Assembly: GCA_963785235.1 (NCBI GenBank)
Contig: CAWAUM010000003.1
Span: 32,001-96,000, forward strand
DNA length: 64,000 nucleotides
Origin: an uncultured delta proteobacterium
GTDB taxonomy: Bacteria; Desulfobacterota; Desulfomonilia; UBA1062
Reading direction: 5' to 3'
Positions within the stretch are counted from its first letter, which is position 1. Every line of letters begins with the position of its first letter. Both the position numbers and the translations under genes were made by a program. Positions 10,058-19,871 of the stretch are shown one piece after another. Below the pieces are notes generated by a model. That model saw nothing but the letters and a program-made list of their open reading frames with translations, was not told where the DNA came from and did no database searches.

Positions 10058-10777
10058 ATGAAAAACTATCTTTATAAACTCGTCATATATAATGTTACAG
10101 ACCTCTGCTATAATAACTGTCTGAATTTCTTCCCTTCAGGGTCTCGAATCCTGGACGTAGGTATCGGCAATGGGATGATGCTCCGCAACTACCATGGACT
10201 GATAAAATCCAAGAACTTCTCAATCGTGGGCATCGACATCAACAAAGACTATCTCAGCCATTGCAGCAGTCTTATCAGAGATTGCCGGCTCGAAGACCAC
10301 ATCCGGATTTTTCACGAACCAGTAGAATGCTATGAGCCGCCTGAAGAGGGTTATTTCGATTATATCCTCTTCAGTATGAGCTTCATGCTTTTCAGCGATC
10401 AGGAACTGGTGCTCGACCGTGTAAGGAAATGGCTGAGGCCAGGAGGGAAAATACTCTTTTTCCAGACCATGTTTCACAATCGTTCACTCTTTATGGAGTT
10501 TATCAAACCAAAGCTCAAGTACGTCACCACCGTTGACTTCGGTAGAGTGACCTATGATGAAAGTTTCTTCGACCTGCTCAGAAAAATGAAAATGAACATC
10601 GACGAAGACAGGCTCATCAAAAAAGAATGGTTCAAGGGCGAGTACCGGCTCATCATATCAAGTCCCGGAAACGCAAAGGCAGCCAAGAGCGAACATAAGA
10701 TTACCACCAGGATGAAACCTGCCCTTCTGAACCTTCTCCCGTCCGGAAAGGCAGAAAGGAAATCAAACATCATCTGA
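10058..10777 (+). CDS. Class I SAM-dependent methyltransferase
   Basis: ILDVGIGNG motif I, IVGIDIN, FDYI and LRPGG motifs. Confidence 0.85.
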   Translation: MKNYLYKLVIYNVTDLCYNNCLNFFPSGSRILDVGIGNGMMLRNYHGLIKSKNFSIVGIDINKDYLSHCSSLIRDCRLEDHIRIFHEPVECYEPPEEGYFDYILFSMSFMLFSDQELVLDRVRKWLRPGGKILFFQTMFHNRSLFMEFIKPKLKYVTTVDFGRVTYDESFFDLLRKMKMNIDEDRLIKKEWFKGEYRLIISSPGNAKAAKSEHKITTRMKPALLNLLPSGKAERKSNII

Positions 10778-10784
10778 GATAGAC

Positions 10785-11249
10785 ATGACGCGAGGGATCT
10801 TCAAGAGGTACGTCAGTTCACCCATTATTTCTCTGCTGAAGCAGGGACTCACTCCCCAGATACTGGCGCTGAGCATGACAAGCGGCATCATCATTGGGAT
10901 CATCCCACTTTTGGGTACAACCACGGCCATTTGTACTATGGTGGCAATCGTGTTTCGCATGAACCTCCTTGTGACACAGATTGGCAACTGGCTGGTATAC
11001 CCCATCCAAATCCTGCTTGTAGTGCCCTTTATCATCTTGGGCGAATACCTTTTCGGATCACCATCCACCCTTGACCCATCCCACATAGTAACCTTGCTTC
11101 GCACTGATCTCTTTACAACCCTTCGACTATTCTCAAAAATGATCCTGCACGCGACCATTGCATGGATGGTTTGTGCGCCTTTTGCATTTGCAGCCATTTA
11201 TATTGTGCTCAAAACCCTCTTCCAATTCCTCCATGCCCGTAGGGTATAG
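10785..11249 (+). CDS. DUF2062-family membrane protein
   Basis: GLTPQILALS...GIIPLLGTT...N.LVYP pattern. Confidence 0.75.
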   Translation: MTRGIFKRYVSSPIISLLKQGLTPQILALSMTSGIIIGIIPLLGTTTAICTMVAIVFRMNLLVTQIGNWLVYPIQILLVVPFIILGEYLFGSPSTLDPSHIVTLLRTDLFTTLRLFSKMILHATIAWMVCAPFAFAAIYIVLKTLFQFLHARRV

Positions 11250-11258
11250 GCCCTGCGT

Positions 11259-11795
11259 ATGAAGCAAAAGGATCGTATTCTGCTCCATGTGTGCTGCGCA
11301 CCCTGCTCTACCGCTGTAGTTGAGAGGCTTCAGAAACAAGGCTATGATATAAAACTCTTCTTCAGCAACTCCAACATCCACCCCCCTGAAGAATTCAACA
11401 AAAGGATTGATGAAGCCCGTAAAATAGCCTTAATGCTGAACCTGGACCTTATTGAAGATGGATACGACCATGATGCCTGGCTGGCTCACATAAAAGGCCT
11501 TGAAGACGAACCCGAACGAGGTAAGCGCTGCCTGAAGTGCTTCGCTTACAGCCTGGATAAAACATGCGTAATGGCACAAAAAATAGGTATACCGGGTTTT
11601 ACTACCACTCTCACGGTGAGCCGGCACAAGTCATCCAGAGACATCTTTTCCATTGGCAGCACCCTGCCGGGTTTCCTGGCTATGGATTTTAAAAAGCAAG
11701 ACGGTTATGCGCGAAGTATTGTTCTTACCAAACAGCTTGAGCTGTATCGTCAGGGATATTGCGGGTGTGAGTTCAGTAAAAGAAGGGCAACATGA
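11259..11795 (+). CDS. queH: Epoxyqueuosine reductase QueH
   Basis: LLHVCCAPC, NIHP, RC..C, FTTTL and YRQ.YCGC.FS motifs. Confidence 0.92.
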   Translation: MKQKDRILLHVCCAPCSTAVVERLQKQGYDIKLFFSNSNIHPPEEFNKRIDEARKIALMLNLDLIEDGYDHDAWLAHIKGLEDEPERGKRCLKCFAYSLDKTCVMAQKIGIPGFTTTLTVSRHKSSRDIFSIGSTLPGFLAMDFKKQDGYARSIVLTKQLELYRQGYCGCEFSKRRAT

Positions 11796-11878
11796 CCAAT
11801 GCCCTTGCAAGCACGTGGGAACCATCACATAAATAATGAATCCTGATGTACTCTTTTAGATCCTTCTATATAGGGAAC

Positions 11879-12220
11879 TCAATGCACTGTTCCAGACCTT
11901 TCCAGCAGCAAGAAATACACATCATCGAGAGTCTGATCACTGCATAAGTGCACTTTTTCCCTGATATACCCCGCAGTGTCGCTTACGCTCCGTTCAAACC
12001 AGTCATCACATCCCTCCTGGGTGATATCACTCTCGATTAAACCTGCAGATAAGCTCATGTGCTTCATGAACTCCCGGCTGTGGATTCCTGGATTATAAAG
12101 CAACTCCGAGCACAACTCTTTTATGGCCTTAACTTTCTGCATGTATTCCTCCCTATGATGTCTACGTTGTAGATGAATAGTAATGGACAGGTCGTTCATA
12201 ATGAATTGGCAGACTTCCAT
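11879..12220 (-). CDS. Hypothetical protein
   Basis: ORF only; start uncertain. Confidence 0.45.
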   Translation of the reverse strand: MEVCQFIMNDLSITIHLQRRHHREEYMQKVKAIKELCSELLYNPGIHSREFMKHMSLSAGLIESDITQEGCDDWFERSVSDTAGYIREKVHLCSDQTLDDVYFLLLERSGTVH

Positions 12221-12410
12221 TATAGAATTGTATCGGAATGATAAGGTGTTACTTGAGACCTAAACTACCGCTTCGTCACATGATCTTCAATTTATGAATA
12301 ATAATATCTACATGCCAAGATATCTTGATTTAATTAAGTTGATTATCGTTTAACTAAACGTATACAGTAAAGTGCAGTTTATATTCAGGCAAAATCAATT
12401 GGAGACCCGC

Positions 12411-12650
12411 ATGCTTTCCAAGAAAGATTTATTGAAACAATTAATAGGTAAACGTATTGATATAAATCGTGATAAAAATGGCATAGATATCAGTGTCAAC
12501 CTTTCTTTATGTTTCGAAAACAACCCCCATGGGGGTTACTATAGAATATCTGAGGTTGGTGAAGATACGTTTGAGGCACAGTGGAACTGTGAAGGTAGGA
12601 AAACGAAAATTGAAAAATATAATATAGCTGCCTTAAGAAGTATCATTTAA
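12411..12650 (+). CDS. Small hypothetical protein (AT-rich)
   Basis: GGAG RBS before ATG at 12411; no recognised motif. Confidence 0.5.
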   Translation: MLSKKDLLKQLIGKRIDINRDKNGIDISVNLSLCFENNPHGGYYRISEVGEDTFEAQWNCEGRKTKIEKYNIAALRSII

Positions 12651-12772
12651 ATAATGAGCGAAAAGAATCCGGTAGAATTTGGTTTCATCTATATAAATTG
12701 GGGTTTCAGAAATCTGATTCCTCATAGCCAATGCATGTAACTGGTGCTAAATTATTCAAGGAGGCATATCCA

Positions 12773-12997
12773 ATGGCCGGTAAAATATTCTATAGAGAGC
12801 GGACAAAGGCAAAAGAAGGTGAGAAAAAGCCCAGGTTCTATCTGGTTGCCGTAGCTGGGGTGGATCTGAAGTTTCATGCTAAGCATGTACGGAAATCCGA
12901 ACTTGACCGGATTGCAAAAGAACTCGGAGCAGAGCTGATCCTCCTCGAACGTGATGAAGAAGGGAAGTACAGCACTGAAGATGTGGAGATAAAATAG
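12773..12997 (+). CDS. Small basic protein (74 aa) upstream of the Mo-storage-like gene
   Basis: AGGAGG RBS; MAGKIFYRERTK...HVRKSEL; same orientation as and close to the next gene. Confidence 0.8.
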   Translation: MAGKIFYRERTKAKEGEKKPRFYLVAVAGVDLKFHAKHVRKSELDRIAKELGAELILLERDEEGKYSTEDVEIK

Positions 12998-13039
12998 CCT
13001 GTCTGCCTCCGCAAACCATCACTTAAGAAAGGTGAATGC

Positions 13040-13871
13040 ATGTCCCTGGTAAGAGATAGAGATGGGAAACGCCTGCACATAAAGAGCAGGCTTATGGGCG
13101 AAAGCCTGGTCAGAAAATCGCTGTATGATGATATGGACATACCTCCGCAGCTCCGGTTATTTCCCGATGTGAACGTTGTGAAGATCGGCGGCCAGTCCAT
13201 ATGTGACCGCGGAATTAAGGCCTTGCCTGCCATTATCAAGGAAATCGTCTCTGTGAAGAAAAAACACAAAATCCTGCTTACTACAGGCGGCGGAACCAGG
13301 AGCAGGCACATCTACACCATCGGCATGGAACTGGGCATGCCCACAGGCATCATCGCCAAGTTCGCCAGCACCATCTCCGAACAGAACGCCCTCCTCATTG
13401 CCACCCTGCTGGCACAGTGGGACGGCATCCGCATAGACCAGGACGATATCCTGAAACTGCCTACTTACTTTTCCCAGGGATGCATCCCCGTCACCCACGG
13501 CATGCCGCCGTACGACTATTTCGCGCTCCCCCCGGAACAAGGGAGGCTGCCGGTGCACCGGACCGATGCAGGCACCCTGCTCATGGCCAACCTCATCGGT
13601 GCCAAGAGCTGCATCATGGTCAAAGACGAGGACGGTCTCTACACGGATAACCCAAAGACCAACCCCAAGGCCACCTTCATACCTGAGATCGGTGCCAAAG
13701 GAACTCATGAAGATGGATCTCGAAGACCTGATTATCGAGCGCTCATGCCTGGAGATTCTGCAGAACAGCGAGGCCATAGACAAGATCCAGATCATCAATG
13801 GGCTCAAGAAGGGAAACATCACCAAGGCGCTTGCAGGCAAGCGCGTGGGGACTATCATCTATAAAGAATAA
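13040..13871 (+). CDS. Molybdenum storage protein (MosA/MosB)-like, amino-acid/uridylate kinase fold; one +1 indel near 13698
   Basis: HIKS.LMGESL, VVKIGGQS, GGGTRSRH, HGMPPY, HRTD and KDEDGLYTDNP motifs; C-terminus (ELMKMDLEDLIIER...GTIIYKE) lies in another frame. Confidence 0.85.
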
Positions 13872-13909
13872 AATTCTCTCATGGCTGACTCCCGGCCTTT
13901 TCTTCCGGC

Positions 13910-13946
13910 GGGGAATATATCCCCTCATGCCGGGGTAGAATACCCC
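13910..13946. promoter_or_regulatory. Tandem palindromes; putative enhancer (UAS) for a sigma54 activator
   Basis: GGGGAATATATCCCC (13910-13924) and GGGGTAGAATACCCC (13932-13946), 22 bp apart, about 70-110 bp upstream of the -24 box; IHF-like TATCATACAGTTA on the minus strand at 13978-13990. Confidence 0.6.
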
Positions 13947-14017
13947 ACACTTTTGATAATCTCGCGACTGTCTTTTATAACTGTATGATATTTATTACCT
14001 TTTATTTATGTATAAAA

Positions 14018-14033
14018 TGGCATAATTAATGCT
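14018..14033 (+). promoter_or_regulatory. Sigma54 promoter of the nuoE/nuoF-RR-fdh-HK operon
   Basis: TGGCATAATTAATGCT, GG-N10-GC. Confidence 0.7.
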
Positions 14034-14165
14034 TTCCCCTTCATTCAGTTGGAAACCTGTGAAGACGAATGTCGGGAAACAGCCACCAGGCTATGTTTGC
14101 GACGGGATGCGGCATAATCCATTGTACTTTCGTGTCAGCAGGTTACTGTTGGAAGGAGGTTATTC

Positions 14166-14642
14166 ATGAGTCCCAGGGAAGATTTCAAAAAACCGGATGG
14201 CTGCGCTATCATTGATCCTGCCAAGCAGTCCATGATGCTCGCGGCCTTGTATATTGCTCAGGAACCCAAGGGTTACCTGACAAAAGACACTGTCCAGCAG
14301 GTAGCCAGGCGCCTGGGCATCTCGGCTGGGGAGGTGTACAGCACCGCGAGTTTTTACTCCCTTTTCCGTATGGAGCCTGTGGGCCGTCACGTCATCCAGG
14401 TCTGCGATGGACTCTCGTGCTATCTGAACAACGGGGCGGAACGGGTGGTCGATTACCTCAGCGAGAAACTGGGCATCCACCCAGGAGAGACCACCCGTGA
14501 CGGGCGGTTTACCCTTGAGACCGTCCAGTGTCTCGCCTCCTGCGGGACATCCCCTGCCATGCGTGTGAATGACCAGCTCTACGAAAATCTATCTCCGGCG
14601 AGTATCGACGACATCCTGGAACGACTCATGGGGGAGGCATAA
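14166..14642 (+). CDS. NuoE/HydC-like [2Fe-2S] subunit of NAD-linked formate dehydrogenase
   Basis: ASFYSLF, CDGLSC and CLASC cysteine motifs. Confidence 0.92.
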   Translation: MSPREDFKKPDGCAIIDPAKQSMMLAALYIAQEPKGYLTKDTVQQVARRLGISAGEVYSTASFYSLFRMEPVGRHVIQVCDGLSCYLNNGAERVVDYLSEKLGIHPGETTRDGRFTLETVQCLASCGTSPAMRVNDQLYENLSPASIDDILERLMGEA

Positions 14643-14643
14643 C

Positions 14644-15894
14644 ATGGCGCAGTGGCAGCCGGTTCTGTTGGCGAATGTCCATCGTCCGAACTCGGAAAAA
14701 ATAGACACCTATCTGCAGCACGGCGGATATGAGGCGCTGAAGAAGGCCTTGAAGATGCCCCCTGATGCGATCATTGCGGAAGTGAAGGCATCGGGGCTGA
14801 GGGGCCGCGGCGGCGCAGGCTTCCCCACGGGTGTCAAGTGGGGTTTCATGCCGAAAGACGCCCCTGTCAAATACCTTGCCATCAACACCGACGAGGGCGA
14901 GCCGGGAACCTTCAAGGATCGCCTCATTGTGGAGAGAGACCCGCATTCGATCCTGGAGGGGGTGATCATCACGGCGTACGCCGTTGGTGCAAACAAGGCG
15001 TTCGTCTATATCCGGGGAGAGTTCTTCCTGGGGGTAAAGAGGTGGATAAAGGCCATCTCGGATGCCTATCAACATGGCTTTCTCGGCCAAGACATCCTCG
15101 GCAGCGGCTTTGGTCTGGATGTATCCGTTCATCGGGGCGCAGGGGCATATATCTGCGGCGAAGAGACGGCCATGATCGAATCGCTGGAAGGCAAGCGCGG
15201 CGTGCCGAGGTCCAAGCCACCTTTCCCTGCCCAGAAAGGCATGTGGAACAAACCGACCATCGTGCAGAATGTGGAGACCCTGGCAAACATACCTCACATC
15301 ATCCTTCGAGGGGCTCCGTGGTACGCAGGGATCGGGACTGAATTGAGCAAAGGGATAAAGATCTTCTGCGTGAGCGGGCATGTCAACCGTCCCGGCAACT
15401 TCGAGCTGCCGCTGGGAACCCCTCTAAAGGAGATCATCTATCAGCACGCCGGAGGTGTCCGGGGTGGACGTGATATCAAGGCCATTATCCCGGGCGGTGC
15501 ATCCACCCCCATCATCACCGGCAACTGGATATCAACGCCCATGGCATTTGAGACGCTGCAAGCTGCCGGTACAGCGCTGGGAACCGGGGCGATCATCGTG
15601 ATGGACGAGACCACTGATATGGTCGAGGTGGTGAGAAGAATCACCCGGTTTTTTGTGCATGAATCCTGCGGCAATTGCCTCCCGTGCCGCCTCGGCGGCC
15701 ACCGGATGCTGACCCTGCTGGAAAACCTCTCTGCAGGCAAGGGCACCAGGAAGGATATAGGAGAGCTCGAGTACCTTGCTAAAGGCCTCTACGGACGGAC
15801 CTTCTGCCCTATGGGCACGGGCATGGTCGAACCGGTCCTGTCGGCCTTGCGGCTCTTCCGCAGCGAATTCGAGAAAAAGACTTCGAACAACTGA
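14644..15894 (+). CDS. NuoF/HydB-like FMN/NADH-binding subunit (short form)
   Basis: SGLRGRGGAGFPTG, NTDEGEPGTFKD, AYICGEET, ESCGNCLPCR...C motifs; no extra ferredoxin domains. Confidence 0.93.
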   Translation: MAQWQPVLLANVHRPNSEKIDTYLQHGGYEALKKALKMPPDAIIAEVKASGLRGRGGAGFPTGVKWGFMPKDAPVKYLAINTDEGEPGTFKDRLIVERDPHSILEGVIITAYAVGANKAFVYIRGEFFLGVKRWIKAISDAYQHGFLGQDILGSGFGLDVSVHRGAGAYICGEETAMIESLEGKRGVPRSKPPFPAQKGMWNKPTIVQNVETLANIPHIILRGAPWYAGIGTELSKGIKIFCVSGHVNRPGNFELPLGTPLKEIIYQHAGGVRGGRDIKAIIPGGASTPIITGNWISTPMAFETLQAAGTALGTGAIIVMDETTDMVEVVRRITRFFVHESCGNCLPCRLGGHRMLTLLENLSAGKGTRKDIGELEYLAKGLYGRTFCPMGTGMVEPVLSALRLFRSEFEKKTSNN

Positions 15895-15931
15895 TATGTC
15901 CTATTCATATATATACTGAAGGAGAAGGCCC

Positions 15932-16330
15932 ATGCAGAATGCAAAGATTCTCATAGTCGATGATGATACGGATTTTGTCTTTTCCACCAGGACCGTTCTC
16001 GAGCAGAAGGGGTATGAAGTGGTATCCGCAGGCAACGGCAGCCACGGCAAGACCACCCTTGCCCGGGAGAAGCCCCACCTGGTTATCCTGGATGTCATCA
16101 TGTCGACCGTACTGGACGGTCTTGCCATGAGCCGTTTCATGCGCGAAGAACCTGCGTATAAAGATATCCCCATCATCATGGTGACCTCCATTGCGAATAC
16201 CGACTACCAGGCATTGTTTCCATCGGATGAGAACATCGACATCGATGCCTTTCTGACCAAACCGATCAAGCCCGCGGACCTGACGGGAAAAGTTGAAGAA
16301 CTGCTGTCCAAGAGAGGGGGCAATGGATGA
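15932..16330 (+). CDS. Single-domain response regulator (receiver)
   Basis: ILIVDDD, LVILDVIM, MVTS and FLTKP motifs; stop overlaps the fdh start (ATGA). Confidence 0.92.
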   Translation: MQNAKILIVDDDTDFVFSTRTVLEQKGYEVVSAGNGSHGKTTLAREKPHLVILDVIMSTVLDGLAMSRFMREEPAYKDIPIIMVTSIANTDYQALFPSDENIDIDAFLTKPIKPADLTGKVEELLSKRGGNG

Positions 16331-19009
16331 AGGTTACCATCAACGGCAAACGCTATGACGTTCAGGCCGGGCAGACCATCCTGGAGGTTGCCCGAGCCAA
16401 GAAGATCTATATCCCCACCTTGTGCTACCATGAAAAGGTCGGCGCCGCTGCGAGATGCCGGGCGTGCGTCGTGGAGGTAAAGGGCAGTCCGAATCTGGTG
16501 ACCTCCTGCAGCACCCCTGTTACCGAGGGAATGGAGATCATCACCGATTCCCCTCGGGTTATGGAGGCGCAGCGCTTCGTGATCATGCTCGCCCTTTCGT
16601 CGGGCAACCATAACTGCCTCCTGTGCGAAAAGTCCGGCAGCTGCGAACTGCAGGATGCCGCATATCACCTGAAGATCGAGCCCGAGGAGATCAAAAGGAG
16701 GAACCACCGCCAACTCGACGACAGCTCGGCATTCATCCGCGTGGACCATGGAAGGTGCATCCTGTGCGGGAGGTGTGTGGCGGCATGCAATGATGTAGTG
16801 GTCAACCGCGTCATGAAAATCATGAAGAGGGGTTATGAGGCCCAGATAGGCTTCGACTGCAACGATCCCATGGGCGAGTCTTCGTGTGTCCAGTGCGGCG
16901 AATGCACCCAGATCTGCCCGGTAGGCGCGCTCACTAACAAGAAGTCCATCGGCAAGGCGCGTGTCTGGGAACTGGAGAGGGTCAGAACCACGTGCCCCTA
17001 TTGCGGTGTGGGCTGCCAGCTGGACCTCCATGTCAAGGACGGGCGGATCTTGAAGGTCACCGGCGTGGAGGACGGGTCTCCCAACAAAGGCAGGCTCTGC
17101 GTCAAGGGCCGTTTCGGGTATGACTTCATCTACTCCGAGGATCGCCTCAAGACGCCGCTCATCAAAGAGAACGGGACGTTCAGGGAGGCGTCCTGGGACG
17201 AGGCGCTGAATCTGGTGGCAAACAAATTCAAGGAGATAAAGGCAAAGCACGGACCTGATGCCATTGCAGGTGTCAGCTGTGCCAGGAGCATCAACGAGGA
17301 CTCCTACCAGATGCAGAAACTCTTCCGCGCAGCGATCGGAACCAACAACATCGATCACTGCGCGCGAACGTGACACGCGCCAACGGTCGCCGGTCTGGCG
17401 ATCGCATTCGGTTCAGGCGCAATGACCAACTCCTTCGGCGAGTTCGAAAACGCCAAGATGTTTTCTGGTCATCGGGTCCAACATGACCGAGGCGCATCCC
17501 GTAGCAGCGACCTTCCTCAAGAACGCGGTTATGAAGGGTGCGGAGCTCATCTTAGTTGATCCAAGGAAGCACGCACTGGCAGACTTCGCCACCATGCATG
17601 TGCCCATCAAAGTGGGCAGCGATATCGCCTTCCTCAACGGCCTCATGCACGTGCTCATCACCGAGAATCTCTATGACAAGGAATTTGTAGAGGCACGCTG
17701 CAAGGGGTTCGAAGAGCTCAAGGCCATGGTCATGGAACTACCCGCCCGAGCGCGCCGCCGAGATAGCGGGCGTAAGCGCCGAGGTGATCCGGGGCACGCC
17801 CGGAAGCTTGCATCGGTCAAGCCGGTCATGTGCTGCTACACCCTGGGCATCACCGAGCATACCTGCGGAAGAAACAATGTCCTCTCTGTTGCCAACCTCC
17901 AGATGCTGCTGGGCAACCTGGGCATGGAGGGCGGCGGGGTTAATCCGCTGCGCGGCCAGAACAACGTGCAGGGCGCATGCGACATGGGTGCACTTCCCAA
18001 TGTGTTTCCTGGCTACCAGCAGGTGGCCAATGCGGAGGCCCGTGCCAAGTTCGAAAAGGCCTGGGGCGTCACCGGCCTGCCCGACAAGCCCGGCCTCATG
18101 ATCCCCCAGATGATGGACGGCCTGGTGAGCGGCAAGATCAAGGCCTTATGGATCTTCGGCGAGAATCTGGCCAATACCGAACCGGACATCGCCAAGGTCG
18201 AGCATGAGCTCGCATCCGCCGAGTTCCTTGTGTGCAGCGACATCTTCCCCACCGAGACTACCCGTTTCGCCCACGTCGTGTTCCCGGCTGCTGCATGGAG
18301 CGAGGATGACGGCACCTTCACCAGCTCCGAGCGCCGCATCAACAGGGTGCGCAAGGTGAGTGAGGCCCCGGGAGAGGCGAAACCCAACTGGTGGATCTTC
18401 AAGGAGGTTGCAAAGAGGATGGGCCACGAATGGCAATCAAACAGCGGCCCCGAACTGTGGGACAACGAGGTATCCGTCCTGGCGCCTGCCTTCGGCGGGG
18501 TGAAGTACCGCCGCATCGAGAATGACGGCCTCCAGTGGCCGTGCCCCAACGAGGAGCACCCCGGCACAGCGGTTCTTCACCGGGGAGGCGTGTTCACGAG
18601 CGGCCAGGGCCAGCTCTCCCCTGTTGAGTGGACTCCGCCTGCCGAGGTGCCGGACAGCGAGTACCCCTTTGTGTTGTCCACAGGCCGCAGGCTCTACCAC
18701 TACCATACACGCACCCAGACCGGCCGCTGCGGTATGGATGCAATACTTCCCGAAGAAACCGCCGATATCTCGCCCAAGGATGCCAAGCACCGGGGCATAA
18801 CTGATGGCGACTATATCCGGGTGTGGTCGCGCCGGGGTGAGGTCAGGGTAAAGGCCCGCCTCACCGAGGAAGTGCCGCCCGGCATGGTGTGGATGGCCTT
18901 CCATTTCCGCGAAGGGAACGCCAACTGGCTCACCAACCCCGCCTTCGACCCTGTCACCCAGACCGCTGAATACAAGGCCTGTGCCGTGAATATGGAGAAG
19001 AAGGCGTAA
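16327..19009 (+). CDS. fdhF: Formate dehydrogenase alpha subunit 1 (NuoG-like Fe-S N-terminus plus Mo/W-bisPGD domain), selenocysteine at TGA 17371-17373; indels near 17461, 17735 and 17790
   Basis: [29 protein letters not shown] and EYKACAV motifs; indels located by comparison with copy 2. Confidence 0.9.
17065..18727 (+). repeat. About 1.66 kb near-identical duplicate of 23015-24676 (FDH catalytic core)
   Basis: Direct read-through comparison shows only scattered substitutions and indels; offset about 5950. Confidence 0.95.
17371..17404 (+). promoter_or_regulatory. UGA-Sec codon and bacterial SECIS hairpin
   Basis: TGA followed by hairpin CGGTCGCC-GGTCT-GGCGATCG at 17384-17404; position and loop resemble the E. 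coli fdhF SECIS. Confidence 0.85.
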
Positions 19010-19019
19010 TGTATTCAGC

Positions 19020-19060
19020 CCAGGGGTAAGGGGCAACCTTGCCCTTGGTTTTTGTTTTTT
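19020..19060 (+). terminator. Rho-independent terminator or stem-loop after fdh1
   Basis: CCAGGGGTAAGG-GGCAA-CCTTGCCCTTGG followed by TTTTTGTTTTTT. Confidence 0.7.
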
Positions 19061-19131
19061 AATATTAAATAAAGGATAATTCACAAATGGATGCTGAGCC
19101 GTGGAATAAAAGACAATCAGAAGGAAAAGGG

Positions 19132-19821
19132 ATGTCTTTCGATATCTTCACTGTTCTGGGCCACGACCTCAAATCTCCCCTCAACGCCGTGGAGGCATAT
19201 CTGGAGATAATCCGGGGCAAGATTTTGGGCGAGGGCCTCGACCCCTACATGCCGATCCTGGAAAAATCCATTGCGCGGCTGCACCAGATGCGTGAGCTCA
19301 TCACCGATGTGGTGGACTGGTCCAGGATACAGCAACCCTCCCCGTCCCGCTCACTCATCACACTGGACGTATCGAAGATTACATATAGCATTCTGGATGA
19401 GTATGAGAAAGAGACTCAAGGAAAGAACATAACCGTATCCACAGATATTGAAGACAATCTCACGATGAGGGCTGCAGGCAGAGAAATCGAACTCATCGTA
19501 CGGCACCTCGTGGACAATGCCATCAAGTACAACAGAGACAACGGCTCAGTGAGCGTAACCATGAAGAGGGCAGGCCCTCATATCAGCTTGAACGTGGCGG
19601 ATACGGGGATAGGCATGAACGCTGAAGAACAGGCACGGCTCTTTGGGGAATTCGTACGCATCAAAAACAGCAAGACCCAGGATATCAAGGGGACCGGTCT
19701 GGGTCTGGCGATCATAAAAAAACTCTCTGAGCTCTACCAGGGAACGGTTTCCGTCGAAAGCGAACCCGACAGGGGTACGACCTTCTCGCTCCTTATAACG
19801 GATGAAGCCCCTCCGGCTTAA
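19132..19821 (+). CDS. Cytoplasmic histidine kinase (HisKA plus HATPase only, no sensor domain)
   Basis: GHDLKSPL H-box within the first residues; DNAIKY, DTGIG and GTGLGL boxes. Confidence 0.9.
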   Translation: MSFDIFTVLGHDLKSPLNAVEAYLEIIRGKILGEGLDPYMPILEKSIARLHQMRELITDVVDWSRIQQPSPSRSLITLDVSKITYSILDEYEKETQGKNITVSTDIEDNLTMRAAGREIELIVRHLVDNAIKYNRDNGSVSVTMKRAGPHISLNVADTGIGMNAEEQARLFGEFVRIKNSKTQDIKGTGLGLAIIKKLSELYQGTVSVESEPDRGTTFSLLITDEAPPA

Positions 19822-19871
19822 ACCCCGGGGAGCTTCACCTTGGTTTTCTTCTGTGAAAATACTATCCGTCT

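Noticed and set aside
13690-13700. Programmed ribosomal frameshifting in the mos-like gene, modC or alkD
   Set aside because: No slippery heptamer or stimulatory structure seen; the pattern matches the other scattered indels
14044-14165. Moco/Wco riboswitch in the fdh operon leader
   Set aside because: Some pairing is possible (AACCTG/CAGGTT) but I could not identify the consensus features by eye
17371-17373. TGA codons in the fdh genes as nonsense mutations
   Set aside because: They fall at the conserved Cys/Sec ligand position, are followed by SECIS hairpins and the frame continues
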